This document shows positions 36,521 through 50,656 of a stretch of DNA of 64,000 nt, in pieces. The translations under genes were made by a program, and so were the position numbers. This DNA is from Obrimoposthia wandeli (lineage: Eukaryota), in assembly GCA_977020255.1 (NCBI GenBank), contig CDROCS010000452.1, forward strand, positions 62,001-126,000, written 5' to 3'. Numbering within the stretch: the first letter of the stretch is position 1; each line of letters opens with the position of its first letter. Under the pieces are notes generated by a model, which searched no databases, was not told the DNA's origin, and saw only the letters and a list, made by a program, of their open reading frames with translations.

Positions 36521-39500
36521 ATACGACCTTCAACATTATATTATATAATACTAAACTCCGATTTGATGTATTTTAATAGATTTGATAATATTACATATAT
36601 GTAACGTTTGTTATTAAGGGATTAAAATTACATGACATTTAATAACTGTTATGAATATATTTTAAATAAAAATGTAAACCAAAATCTATTTTCAAGATCA
36701 AAACATTTTTATGTTATAATTATAAAGAAATTTTTGACAAAAAACTTTGAAACATTTTGTAATAATTGGTATCTCCAAGCTGTTATCAGTCATACCAGGA
36801 TCTAGATTTTTTTTAAATATACAATATAAAACTAAAAGAAATTTAAGATAATCTAAGTAAATATATATTGACAAGTACTTCTTTAAAATGTTTGATTTAA
36901 AAAAATCTTAAAATGCTTTTTTAAATTTATTGGTCAATTTGAAATTAATATTTCTAAGGAAACATTCCCAAGGTTTATGCTTCAATCTTGTTCATATTTT
37001 TTTAAAGGATATTAATATTAAATTGACGACAAATTTATGCTTAATATTTGCTAAATAAATGAGATTTTAAGTATGATATTTTTTAAATATTTAATTGTTA
37101 TTGTAATTTTTTTCACATAATTCAAAACCGTAACGTATTTATTTGTATAACCTATGAACATATGTTTAGAAAATAATACTATCGAATTTAGTTTTCTTTG
37201 AAATTTTTACTTATAGCATTTAAACAAATTTAATTTGATTTTTTATTAAACAAATATCTTAGTTTCTACAGGTATTTAGCAATTATGAATGATAAAAAGG
37301 ATATTTTTTGATATTTATCTTTATTTAGTGAGATAATTTTCTTGTTAAGAACCATTACAAAACGTTGATTGGTTTATTATTTTAAAATCCAAAATTTCAA
37401 AGTTGGTATTATTAACAATAAAAATTTCTATAAACATTATTTAAGTTTATATAAAATATAAAATATTAATTGTAAAATAAAATATGTGCAATTGTTATTT
37501 ATTCGCACAATATTTGATAATATCTGTTTAGAAAAAAAATTATATATACATATGAAAATTCTGATTTTTTTTATTGATTGGAATAATCAGTGATTTGACC
37601 TCGTTTTTTTATTGCACATATTAACTAAAACGTAAACTTTATGTCTGAAATTCTATCACAGCTTTCTCAATTATAGTTCATCCAGAATCTGTGTCTTTAA
37701 TTTAATGAATAAACACAGCTTGGCTCCGTGTCCCAGATTATACAGATAATTATTCCAATCCCATTATTACAGAACACGAGACAGGACTTAATTACTGGCA
37801 CAAAAGATCCGGAGTTCAATCTATCCCAGAAGGAGTCCTACAGAATATATTTAGAAAAATGGTACAAGAGATATTTTATGACAAGCAATGACATAAATAG
37901 ACAATTAGATTACATGTTATACAAGGACGGAAGAAATACCAACAAAAAAAAGCAATTCAACACAGTATGGTCCCGTTATAACAAGTCGACAAGAGAAAAT
38001 TATTGTTAACACCGTAAGCTCGCTTTAATTAAAGGTAGTTTATTTAGATATACAAAATTGTTGTAAATGTAATTCTGATTTTTTGCAACACAAAAAGGGT
38101 CATCAAATACATTTTCCGTAGTATAATCTCTGTAAAGTTTCTATGAAAATAGTTCTCAATATGACGAGATATTAAATAAAAGTCATATCTGTGTAAACTT
38201 TCTTGATTTTTTTTACCGTATTTGACTATAAAAATCCTAAATATTTATATAATCATCTCGAACCTCGTGCAGTAAGCATCTATATACATATTAGGAGCAG
38301 TAATGATGACTGCAGAGTGATGGAATATTTGAAATTTATGCTCTGAATCTCCACAACAATTTACGAATGAATATTAGATATTAGCTATACATTAAATATA
38401 TTATTGTTATGATTGTTTTAACAAGGTTTTTAAATTGAAGAAATTGGTTTATATTTCGGTACTGGTAGATCAACACAATGTGGAACTGCATGGCAAATTT
38501 AACTTCGTGATATTTAATTTTATATTTTTTCATAGTATTGTACCTCTTTTATATGTCAAATAGAAGTAACAAAGGTCGTAGTAATTTGTATGTTAGTACA
38601 AACCATGAAAATTCCAATTGTCATTTTCCCTTGATTTTCTGAAAGATTAACTGAACAATTTTACATGTAAAAACAAAAGATTCTTTTTGACCATTTCCGT
38701 TATTTTGAGTAATTAGTCAGAGCCACTGGAGCCGTTTCGTTGCCGTGGCCATGGATGGGAATCTGTGTTTTAAATTAATTGACGTGCTCTTTTGAAATTA
38801 AAAGCCTGATTTACATACAATATTTTATGAGGCAACACTATATACCTATTTGGCATAAAATGTGCATATATCAGAAAAAGTCAGAAATTCCAATACTATT
38901 TATATACTTTACTGTGGTGTACTATAAATGACAATGCACACAATTAGAAAACACTCACACAGTATCATTGAAGGATCAGGAAGATTCTCTTGCACATTCT
39001 ATTTATAGACATACAAAGCAATTGCCGTATCAATTTGCCTTGCCTATCGCTTAACTTTTCTATCCAAAATAGTATGTGACTATATCAAAGCAAAATTATT
39101 GTTCTATTGAGTACCTAAGAATTTTTTAAACAGATTTTGATTAACTTACATGTCGTGTAATATACAGCAATTATTGTTTTAATATTGCAATAAGATCGTC
39201 CTATTTAGTTTGACTTTCATTTTCAGTATCTGAGTCTGTTCTGGAAAGGCCATTCTCTGGCATATTCAATGCTCCATACGACTTCATATTGAAATATTGA
39301 TTTATATAAATGTAATTTTATAAAATATGAAATAAATCTAGTATATTTCTCTGAATTTATAAACTAAATATCCTTTTTCTGGAGTCATTGACCGTCAACA
39401 TAGAAATTGTGATTTTATTTTCAATTCAGTTATTTGGCACAAGATAATTTAATACAAATGTGAATGCTTAAACGTTAGAAGTAGATGTTTCAACAAGAAA

Positions 39501-40779
39501 ATAGATATGAAAATTATCATTTTAATGTAGATATACTAATTTTACATATTGACCCCAATTACAGTTCTAGTTTCAAATGAAAATAATAATTTTGGTAGCT
39601 TAAAGGTGTAAATGTTTGGAATCAGTCCCATATAGACCAGATTTTTTTGTGGTAGATGGCTATTTCCACACAGAACTGAATCAGATAGAATATTACTCAA
39701 TCACAAATATCATGCTGGTGAGTGTAATCCTAAACTAAATTCACCTTTCGTAAATGCATTGTTTACTTGAAATCAGCAAATTGAAAGAGAGGAATGAACG
39801 GACAGATGCTGTGGAAAACTAATGTTTAGTAATGGACGCTATTTCTTAGTCTATTACCAAACCTCTTTAATCATCTGCACTTATCCTTATCTGAAATCGA
39901 GGAAGATAGTTTCAACAGACACTCAGACCATTGTTTGAAATCACTAAATGGTCTAGTAATCAATTACGGTACATTTAACAACAAACTATTATTACTGAAA
40001 AACTAATAAACTAAAGAGGAGTATAGAACGGTGCATAGAAGAAGTAATTGTATAGATAGGAGTAACAAAACAGTGACAGACTCTACTAAACCGTCAGTAA
40101 AGTGTGAGATTTATCTAGAAACCCAACGTGTTTCTGACAAGTCTCATGAATAATCTACTAACGTCAGTCTTGACGGGTCGCTGTAACTTGGTGGTAAAAT
40201 TACAGAATCGAAAGTTAATATGCAATAACAATATTCAGATTTCCTTGATTAAATCAGTGATAATTAACATTAGTAACAAAACTCAATCGAAATATGTTAA
40301 AATTCAAATTCATAACAGTTTAAATAGTTAAGCTAAAACCGAATTAGATGGACTTTTAAAAAGAAATGTTAAATGTCTAACTAAAAATGTTTAACAAATG
40401 TATTGGTATTTTAATCTGAAGAATTTAAGTTATGTGTAGGTGCAATTTGTTTTAAATTCGATTGTTGTCACTTTGAGATGCGCGTTGTTTAAAACTGACA
40501 AGTTCTCAATTAAGTTCAACATGGAGTCAGATTTTACATTAAATATAAACAGTAGAAATATTTTTGTGTAATGTTATTTTTATTAAAAATTATTATTTAA
40601 TCAGTACCTTATCGTCATATAGAAAAAAATCCTATAGTTATTGCATAAAGCTGTCATGATAATAAAAACAAGATTTTTTTTATATTTAAAGTATCCATAT
40701 ATTGATTTGTATTTTTAAATAATTTTAATTATCTTTATTGTTTATTACTAAGCAATTCAACACACCGTTATGATAAGGG

Positions 40780-41900
40780 AAAGTGACTATGATGGTTAGA
40801 GGCTATTTTTGTAAACACCCCAGTTTTGACTGATGAAGATTCAGAAAACGAAGATGGCTAAGACATCGACTGCTTATGTCGCAGACAACTACAGGCTCCC
40901 ACAATTCTGATATACAGAGACAGTGATATTGATTCATTAAATGACAGTGGTGAAGAAGATGATGCTGCTGAGGATATCACTGAATATGACGTACATCGGA
41001 TATTGAAAGAAGCAAAATAAAATATTCAAATCATTAAATGGTCTAATTTAGAAGACATATAACCTAAATTAGTATTTTTCTTCAACGAAATTATAATGTC
41101 GTTTCGAGTCATTGTCGTGATTTCAGCACAGTAAAGTTATTTGAATTAGTTTTTACTGAGATCGACTTGATTTAATCGTTATTGAGATAAATCGATATTC
41201 TGTGTTGAAAACGACACAGTTTCTGACATAACAAAATATGACCCACAAGTTTTACATTGGTATAATAAATATTTCTATATGCAAATGATGTGAGAAAGAC
41301 TTTTCGGGAAAGCTTTATAAGATGAGTTTGATTTACTCCTATTCGAGGTAATACCACCACGACACAGTATGATAAACTGGTTGGAAAATCATAAACTATA
41401 TTGCATTTGTTTATGGATAATTGAACAATTGAGTATATTACAGATATGGAAAACAATATGAAAAGATTACAAAGTTGTCATTTTGGCCTCCAAATCTCAG
41501 TCAAGTCTCCCAAAAGGAGTTTACAAGAGATTTTCACACAGGGACAAAAATAAGATGTGTTTCAAGACCAAATCTGGTGAAATAAAAAAATCTAAAATGT
41601 ATATAGGTGGAACTGATCTAATGAATGAGGACGTTGTTCTTTATGAAACAATAATAAAAGGGTAGAAACGGAATATTTCTTTCATCACCTGGACAATCGA
41701 CGTCAACATACAAAATATTTGGATGTTGCTTCTTCTGGAATTCCACTGACGAATTACATTTGTTTATCTTACCGCTTTGGAAGAGTTTCTTCAGGAAAAA
41801 CTGTAAATCAAGAGGAAGGTACTCGTGATGACGAACTCTTCCCGATGCAGTTAACTATTTTATTTCTTCTCCAAACGAAAACGAAGATCAACGTTGTGGT
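40780..41900 (+). mobile_element. piggyBac (PGBD3-like) transposase remnant
   Basis: TPVLTDEDSENEDG*DIDCLCRRQLQAP (compare PP...TDEDSGDED...L...QL.A) and VKLFELVFTE/LIVIEINRYS (compare ELFELFF.D..IV.ETNRYA). Confidence 0.65.
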
Positions 41901-42440
41901 GGTGATTTATAAGGCTTGGTAGTTTGAACTGATATCCAGAAATACAATGTTGAACTCTGTATCTTATGTTTTTGAGCTAAATAAACTAATTTATTGTGTT
42001 GGTCTATTGATTTTATACTTTCATTGCGTACATAAGGAACTATTGCTATCAAATTTAAATGTAAAACCTTAAAACATGTATAGTTTGTAAATTTCAAAAT
42101 TATATCTCGAAACCCTAGTGTGGTCTTGAAATATAAGCTGCTTATTTAACCTAAAATCCATTGACAATTAACACTTACCATCAATATAAATATGAAAAAT
42201 ATGAAAAAAAACTTTCTTGTCTCTTATCGGAGGAGAAAATACAATAAAATTACATTTATAACTCATTGTTTATTCTTAATATGATTATGTTTTCCTTAGG
42301 ACTTTATCTGCCGTGATACTAGAATATATTGATCTGATAACATTAATCTGTAGTTGTAGACTAAGGATTAACATCAATTTGTAGTCAAGGAGTCTGTTAT
42401 TGTAAGGATTAATATGCACTAGTATTATAAACGTGTTTGC

Positions 42441-42578
42441 ATGACTTGAATAACTTATTTTAACGTGAAATAAGTACTACGGATGGGGTCGCTGACGAGT
42501 CACAATGAAAGAATCGTTTATAAATGACTTGTATGGCTTATTTTAACGTGAAATAGGTACTATGGTACGGGTCGCTCA
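42441..42578. repeat. Two-copy tandem repeat, period 83 bp
   Basis: ATGACTTG...CTTATTTTAACGTGAAATA.GTACTA.GG...GGGTCGCT.ACGA at 42441 and 42524. Confidence 0.8.
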
Positions 42579-44399
42579 CGATTCCAATGGAATTGAGGTC
42601 AATCCAAGGGTCTATATACGGGTGGGACGACATATGATATAAATCCGTAAGAGAACATGTTTAAAAACAACTATAAACAGCTAAAAACATGAATAACTTG
42701 CTACATCACTACCTCAGAATGCAGATTGTAACAATGGACACTTTATTATTTCAAGACATTTGATGTCAAACATGCACAGTCTTCTAACTGCCATGGTATC
42801 AAATAAATACTATGTTCTTTATAAACTTTTTGAGGTAATTTTCTATTGTCTTTTTAATTATGAAGCATTCTGCCAGTTGTAGCATTTTGGTCACTGAAAT
42901 AAATTCGATTACAGTTGCAAAATAGTTAGACTGACTTTGAATATAAAAAGTGGAAATTAAAAAAAAACAGCAATAAAATTTAATAAGCAATAAACCATAC
43001 ATATTACATAAAATGAAATCTAATCCCATCAATTTAGAGAATATGCCATATAAATTAAATCCTCTCCCTTCATATATAAGCAATCTTTTTAAATTCGTTA
43101 TGTTTTATTTCGCTATTTTTATGGTACAAAGCTGTTGATCCTGATAGAGGCTTCGTCACTCTCAACTGCAGACACGTTCTGTGAATAACCTTTACTGTAT
43201 TGTATGGCTCTGAACACCCAAATTTAAAGCTTGTTTTCTCTAATGTAGATAGGAATACCTACATTTTGAAGATATGGCTGCAATATTCTAAAAACAGTGA
43301 ACTAAATTTCATTGTTTGCAAATCAAGGACGGTGGACACCCTAAATAGAAATGGTTGATTAACAAAGCAGGTAATGGCGATAATATTACATTCGCGATTC
43401 AAATGATACTACAACATCATTGATAATGTAGAGGTGACCTTTGTCGCTAAGGGTGTAGGTTCTCTGTCATGCGACCATCAACTTACCACGTCACCTTATT
43501 GTCTTACCTTCGTCAATCTTGTTATCACCGATCCCATAACCTCAGTCAACTATATGTATCAGTCGAAACGAGACTACCGAAAGTATTTTAATAACAAGAT
43601 GCCGCTCTTCTGGCCAAACTGCAAACTAGCCACTGTCCGTATTTTCCGGATGTAAGAGAACATATACTCCATTGGATCTTATGATTCTAGAAACTGGTTT
43701 GATGATCTTGGTGTTTTGGATGACTAAAAAGCCCAAACACCAAAATGACATGTTAAGCCGTTTTCAGCACTGACGTATTAATGGCAGGTTTGACTAGACT
43801 CGATTTGAGATGAGAACGGCTTTTTAATGCTTGGAACTAATCAATAATAATATTAAAATACACTTCTAGTAAAAACCACTTCTGTAGATACACTGCATTT
43901 TATAAAACAAACAATTCCATATACTCCAACTACTATATAATGACAAGTGTGTATCATATTAAGAATCATTTCTAACCTTTATGGCTCCAGACTGAGGAAA
44001 AATTCGTTTATTCAAGAAAAGAATATGTTAGTATAGTCTATTTAAAAATAATATTTAGAAATAAAATAAAACAAAATATAGGTGAAATTTTGTCGTAAAT
44101 TATCTTAGTTTTTATCTTATTTTTTTTGTTTTTAGAAATGTGTTAGTTAGAATTTATATTTTAGATTTTGAAGATGAAATTTATCTTCAATATATTTGGT
44201 CGATTTCTTAAAAATTACATTTTCTTAGTAACCAATATCATCACAATATGTATTATATTTATTGCACAGGGTAGGGAAGAAAAATCTGGACAAAAAACGC
44301 TAAACATTCTAAATATACATACTACGTGATAATATGATAATATAACTGAACGAGCACATAGATATGCATATATTATTCTATCTGTCCATCCTTTTTTGT

Positions 44400-44680
44400 T
44401 ATTCACAGCCTGTATAAATTGTCTAAATTCCGCAAAGCATTTGAGAATAAAGGCTTCTGAAAATTTACTTCAATCCGCCTAGATGACTTTCTTGAGGTTG
44501 TCAATGTTAGGGTGAGACTTTTTGTTGCTCCACACAGTGAAATATGTGAGCACTTTTTTGCACAGTTCAAGCGCTCAGTGAAAATGTTCTTATGAGTCCT
44601 ACTGTACGAAATCCATCTCGTCCAAAAATTGAGATATCAAGACGGTCAGAAAATACATTTTAATGCAAAAGAAAAAGTTT
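44400..44680 (-). mobile_element. Tc1/mariner transposase C-terminal fragment
   Basis: KSHPNIDNLKKVI*AD*SKFSEAFILKCFAEFRQFIQA resembles H.N...LK.AI...W..I.......C..F...L.A. Confidence 0.5.
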
Positions 44681-44948
44681 GAAAAGCATACAAAACAGTA
44701 TATTTAGTTATAACAATTAATTATTAGGTACGATCTGTTACGATAACATAAACTCCATTTATTGGGTTTTATTTGTATCTGCAATGTCCAATTTCATGTT
44801 CACATCCAAAAGAGAAATTTTATAAAAATTAAAATAAAATCATAATCAAAATTTTCGACCTGATCGCATTAAAATTATTTGTCTTAATCAGAATACAAAT
44901 TATTCCTGAATTTTAATTTTAATTGTAGTGAAAATGTTTCGGTAGTGA

Positions 44949-45222
44949 TGTGTATTTCTAAAATTAATTTATATGAAAGATTTTCTTTTAAAACAGTTTT
45001 AGGCCATTGAAATAATATATTTAAAAACAAAATTAACATCAAAATATATAAAACAAATTATGCTTTTCAAAATTTGTTGAATCCAAATATCCAAAGAAAT
45101 AGTTAAAGCGTAATTTGTTTTATATATTTTGATATTAATTTTGCTTTTAAATATATTATTTCAATTGGCTAAAACTGTTTTTAAGGAAATTTTTTCATAT
45201 AAATTAATTTTAGAAATACACA
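44949..45222. repeat. Long near-perfect inverted repeat (fold-back element or MITE)
   Basis: Arms of about 117 bp (44949-45066 and 45105-45222) around a ~38-bp spacer; the outer ~30 bp match perfectly. Confidence 0.9.
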
Positions 45223-48200
45223 GAAATTTGGCTGAAATATAAAATAAGATGGTGAGTTTTTTGGCACAAATTTCCTCAAAATTATCGAAATACAAAAAAA
45301 TGCAAATGCAAATAAAATATTGTGATTGTTAATTTAAGACAATCTTCTCCAGAATTATTTTACAGCAATATCAATATTCCTCTAAATTCAATTTCCGGAT
45401 TATTATCTTTTTACTGAAACAATGATTGTTATTTCAATTCAGTTATTACTAGAGAATAAATGAAACTTTTTTTCTGACCAATGCTGTACATAACAGTTAT
45501 ACACTCCCTGCAAAATAAAGTAATAATCTAATGCTAAGCTACCTACTTACTGAAGTAATGTTGTTCCTTTGTCTCAAACAGAAAGCGAGAAACAAAAATA
45601 AACTATAAATGTTAAAAATAAACTTTAGTACAATTTTGTTGCAAAAAGTAAGCAATTTTAATATTTGATTGGATTTTTCACTATCATGCAGATATTAAAG
45701 GCACTAATTTACTGAACATTTTCACAGACATCATACATTTGAGTTTGGTTAATGTTGAGTTATTCAAAAAAATTAATCTAAATAATAACAAGAATAGGAT
45801 TATAAAATTAAATTTTATTATGAAAGTTCATTAAAACATTAATAAAATTTTTACTTTCCTAGGTCTAATAAAATTGTTTAAATTATGAATTTTTTAAAAT
45901 TTAGAAATTCAAAATTCAAAATTATCTAAACTAAATGGATTTTTATTAGTTGCACATCAAAATCAAATGAAACTATATTTCACCAAACAACATATGACAA
46001 AATTAATGAGTGTTTCAAACACATAAATAAAATTATGTAAAACAGCAGAAACAGCACTGCTTCGTTTTTATGTATCATTTTTTATTTAAATTTTAAAATA
46101 ATGGATTAAAAAACAGAATAAAAGCACACGATTAGAAAATATATAAATGAAAAATGGGAATTTTTTTGAGTTTGTTCTACTAATTTCGGAAATGCGTCAG
46201 CTACAAATTGATATATTCACATGAATTCGAGCAAATGTGAGTCAAACAGTGTTGTAACTGTTCCGAACATTTCTTAGTCTGATTTAGAATTGCATGGTCT
46301 TTAGGCAATTAAATATCGCGATTGTTTGTTTCTATAAGAACAGTAAGTGGGCACTTAGTTAAATCTCTGATTTTAGAGAACAAGCGCTGCATCAAACATA
46401 TAAATAATTATTAGATTTTTTATTATTTAAACAAGACTGGCACGTAAAAGCGAACTAGAGCCATATTGCCAAATGCAATATTTCAGTCAAGAGTATGGAA
46501 ACTTTCATCGAATAATTTCAAAATAGAAAAAGTTGTAATGTTGACTTTCGGTAATCTGAAATAAAACCAAAGCATGTGATATGGTTAAAAACTGCTTTCA
46601 ATAAACTGTCAGTGAATAAAGAATTGATAACAGCTTCGTCACTAACGGAAGTCAGATTGGAATCCTTAACAAAAATTGTATAATGTGTTGTTTATTGTTG
46701 TAAATATATATTTATGCTTTTTAATATTTTTCGTATTTATTAGCTATAAGTTTTATTATTTTTCGCTGCTTACACATTATCAAAGGGTTTTTGAAATTGA
46801 GCTAACCAATTTAAGTTAGAAACATTGATTGTTTATAAACAAAATGTGTATGGCGATTTCTTCTATTTTGTTGCATTATGAATAATTGCTGTTGTTGAGT
46901 GTAGGAATAACAACGGGTTCTGAAGTCATATTTCCATAATTTGTTTAATTACATATTCTTTCTGTGTTTTCCAATAAACCGACAGCCACATTTAACAGGG
47001 CATTCGCAGATCCACATCCGTCATCCTCAAAAAGACAGCAATCCAGAAGTCAATGTTCTTGTAAGCGCCTTACTCTTAGTTTAACACAATCAAAATCAAC
47101 TTTGAATTAGGACTTTCTTTACAATTTTATACGTGAATTAAACGATAGCTTCTTTATCCAAGTTGAGAAATTCGACGATACTTCGAGAATACTTCTTCTG
47201 TAACACTTCAAATTTAAAGCCCTATGAACATACATTAATCTGTTAATTGTTGTATCTTGCACTAAATTGTAGGGACACTAATTTTTTGTGTGACAAATGC
47301 AGATAAAAAATCCAGCTTTTATCCATAAAAGTATTTTAATACTGAAAGTTTGTTCAGTTTACAAAGCGTTGGTATTTATAGAATAGTCAATATTGTAAAT
47401 GTATAATAGCCAAAAAAATTAGAAAATAACTTAATCTACAGTTAAATCAAAATTATGTAAATTGGAAATTTTTATAATCAAAGGTAGCAAAATATATTTA
47501 TTTTTTCAATTTCACATTGTTGAAGTCTTTATTTTCTTTTTGTATCTACAAATACATAAGTAGTGCATTATTACCAATCTTTCCACTTACATAAAAGGTT
47601 TTAAAACCTAATAAAAGGTATTTTACTGCTGAGTTTGATACATTTTTAAAGACTTAAAAGTAAATAAAGTATAAACTTACTTTTATTATACAAAATAATT
47701 AGTAGTTTGAATTTGTTTGAGATTTCAGGAATTTTTTTAATAAAATTTTAAAACTTTCCCTAAGTTATATTTACAAATTTTAACATGATATTTTTCCCTA
47801 AAAAATTACGTAAACTATTACGTTAAAACAACACTTTTGATACAATCTTATTATTGTTTTAATAAAATTTACTTCGTTTGTTATTAGTAATAATATTATT
47901 ACATAAATTATGTTTAAAAAATTGTTTAGTATTTCTTTAAATAATAAAAACATACTTTTAAACTTATTTTATACTTGTTTAAATCAGAAAAACAACTTAA
48001 TTCCAGAAATACATCGATAATTATGTTTTAATCAAAATAAATAAGTTCTCCTATGATAACTGCTGAGTTTAATTCTCGTTGGCAGTAACATAAATTGTTT
48101 CCAAATTAAAGCGATATATTATATTTTCTCAAAGTCTAACCTGTTCCATCTGATTAGGTGAATATTCTAAAACATTTTGCTTTAATACACTCCATAAATT

Positions 48201-50289
48201 ATCGAAAAGATTCCAATACAAAGAACAAATTTAAAACAGACATTGTCTTGTTTATTAAATATTAAATCTATTGTCTTTAGACCTCTTAACGACTGCTTAA
48301 AACCTAAAACAAATACGACTACAAAGCTCTCAGATTAGTAGATTGTGATGACGAAATACCTGCATACTCATAGACTATCTCTTATAACCGTTATGGGTCA
48401 TGCAGATAGTCTTGTTGATTATTTTTTAAAAGGCTAAAACCGCGACTGGTTCGTTATTATAACAGTAAAATGAAAATGAAAAATTACGTGGAGTAAATTC
48501 TGAAATTATACATTTTTTAAAAATTTTATGAGCTTAAGTTAAATTAAACAATTGGAGTTATTCGTTAATTTTAAAATTTGCTGATCGTGCCTTTGTTGAC
48601 TTTGTCCGGTGGTGTCGACTTCGATGAATTTTTCGTCATGGCTTATCATAAATTGTGTCATTCTTCTAGTCTGCTACTTCTTTTTATATGGATTTCGTCG
48701 GCCAAAACAGTGCTTCTTCTGTGATTATTCTAATCACGTTCTCCAATCCTGTCTCTACTTTTTCTAAATTCATGTCTCAAGTGACTCGACTCAAACAAAG
48801 AATGCAGGTCGCCTTAGGTTAATTAACGCTATTTTAAAATTAATTAAGCTCTCATTATTTGGAGAATTTGATTTTTTAATTTCTAATTTGGATTTCTCCT
48901 TAATTTGCACTTGGACAGAACTATAATTATAGCTTATTTTATTTACTTTTACCAATTCCAATCGTCTCTTTTTGAAATCCAACAATACCATAATTACTGT
49001 CAATAATATTGAACATTTTATAAATGTTTTTACAGTTTCATTCTATTTTAGATGCAAGTAATTTATTTGGTTTCATATATAAAATTAAATAATTTTAATT
49101 GATATCTAATTATAACATTTAAATGGTTAATTTTTGTATAATTTTATATTAATATGTTTATATAATCTAATTTAATCATCATAATGATATTTAGGCTAAC
49201 AATGAGAATTACTTTAAAATTCAAATTTTCAGAAACGTTTACTGTAAATTACCGAAAATAAATTTAAGCACACATTATTATTTCATATTAAAAAAGTTGA
49301 CTGTGAAAACTGTAGTCCTGTTTGTCATGCATGTGATTTTTGACTCATTTTTTTGAAAATTTGTCTATTTTATTTCCAATGACATCTTCAAAATAAGAGA
49401 CGTCAAAATTAAAATAAAAATTAGTTATTAATCATAAACATATTTGATTAAGTTAATCTTAATTTTATTAATATTTTTGAATTAAATTTCAATATTAAAA
49501 AAACTTACATGACCTTGAAAAATTCAAACTCAATAACTAATTTTATTGAAAGCTTTGACATAAAACAGAATATTTGAAGTCTATAGTGAACTTTATTTAC
49601 AAATACGATATATAAATTGAAAGAATATTAATATTTTTTACACTATTGGATTATGAGTCTATTATCGACTGAATAAACAGATTAACATATGCGGGAGAGA
49701 ATAATATTCTAAAATTCAAAACAGTGAAAAATAACAAATATTAATAAACATATAAATATTCAGAACACGGTTTGTACAGTTGTTTATGTATATAATCTTC
49801 GTAGCTGTAAATGGAAGCTTTCATTACACGGGAGATTGTGAGCGTTCCTTCTTAAACGATGTTGAACAGTTATTATGCAGGAACAATTTCCCCGCGTAAT
49901 TTTGTTCATAAAACGTAGCTACTATAGTGATCATATAGTTGATTATATAAATTTTTTTACTGATTACTATTATTTATTAATATTCTAACCAAGATGGCAG
50001 AAAGTTGAATGCACATTACGGGATACATTGCTTTATTAAACTTAGTTAAAACATAATTATTCCTTTGGGTTCAGGAATAAACTAGGTTTAACTCGGTTAG
50101 AAATGCAAGGACGCAAATTTTATCTATTTATGTAAATAACTCTAAAACTATTCTTAAAGAATTTATAAATAATCCAAACAGCAAATTGTTGTTCATGTGT
50201 CATAAAAAAATTTAGACCTGAAGAATCTAACCAATTTCAATGAAACATTGAGCAGATGTGCAAATGGCTGTTGGGAGCTGACATCTCAC

Positions 50290-50656
50290 CTGCGACATAG
50301 GGCATCTGACTCCCCACTGACATCACCATTGTTAATGGTGCTGGGACCGTCGCCCTCGTCCCCGCCGCCGCCTCCAGTGCCAGAGACTGCGATCTTTGAA
50401 GTGGCCCCGGATACCGCTAACACCACACCCATACCGGCACCGGCCATCCCCGCCAGGCCCCCTGCACAGCTGCCCCCAGCGGCTGTGGCCCCCGACCCCG
50501 TCCCCCCTCCCCGAGACTGATCTCCTGACGACTCCGCACTCCGAATCCGCATGGGGTCGCTCACTGGTGGACTGGCATTGCTGAAACTCTTCAGCAACTT
50601 TTTTTGTCGATGATGCGGCGTCTTGAATTCCTCTGCACGCTTGAGCTGCTTGAACC
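50290..50656 (-). CDS. KCNN: Probable N-terminal Gly/Ser/Ala-rich exon of the SK/KCNN gene
   Basis: GC-rich block bounded by ctcttacag|GG and GCAG|gtgaga. Open throughout as GFKQLKRAEEFKTPHHRQKKLLKSFSNASPPVSDPMRIRS...GGGGGDEGDGPSTINNGDVSGESDALCR. The phase-2 donor joins the 16649 acceptor in frame. Assignment to the SK gene is inferred from phase and strand; the first in-frame ATG is at 50552. Confidence 0.7.

Noticed and set aside
37728-38009. 93-aa plus-strand ORF
   Set aside because: No recognisable motif or splice context; probably decayed TE sequence.
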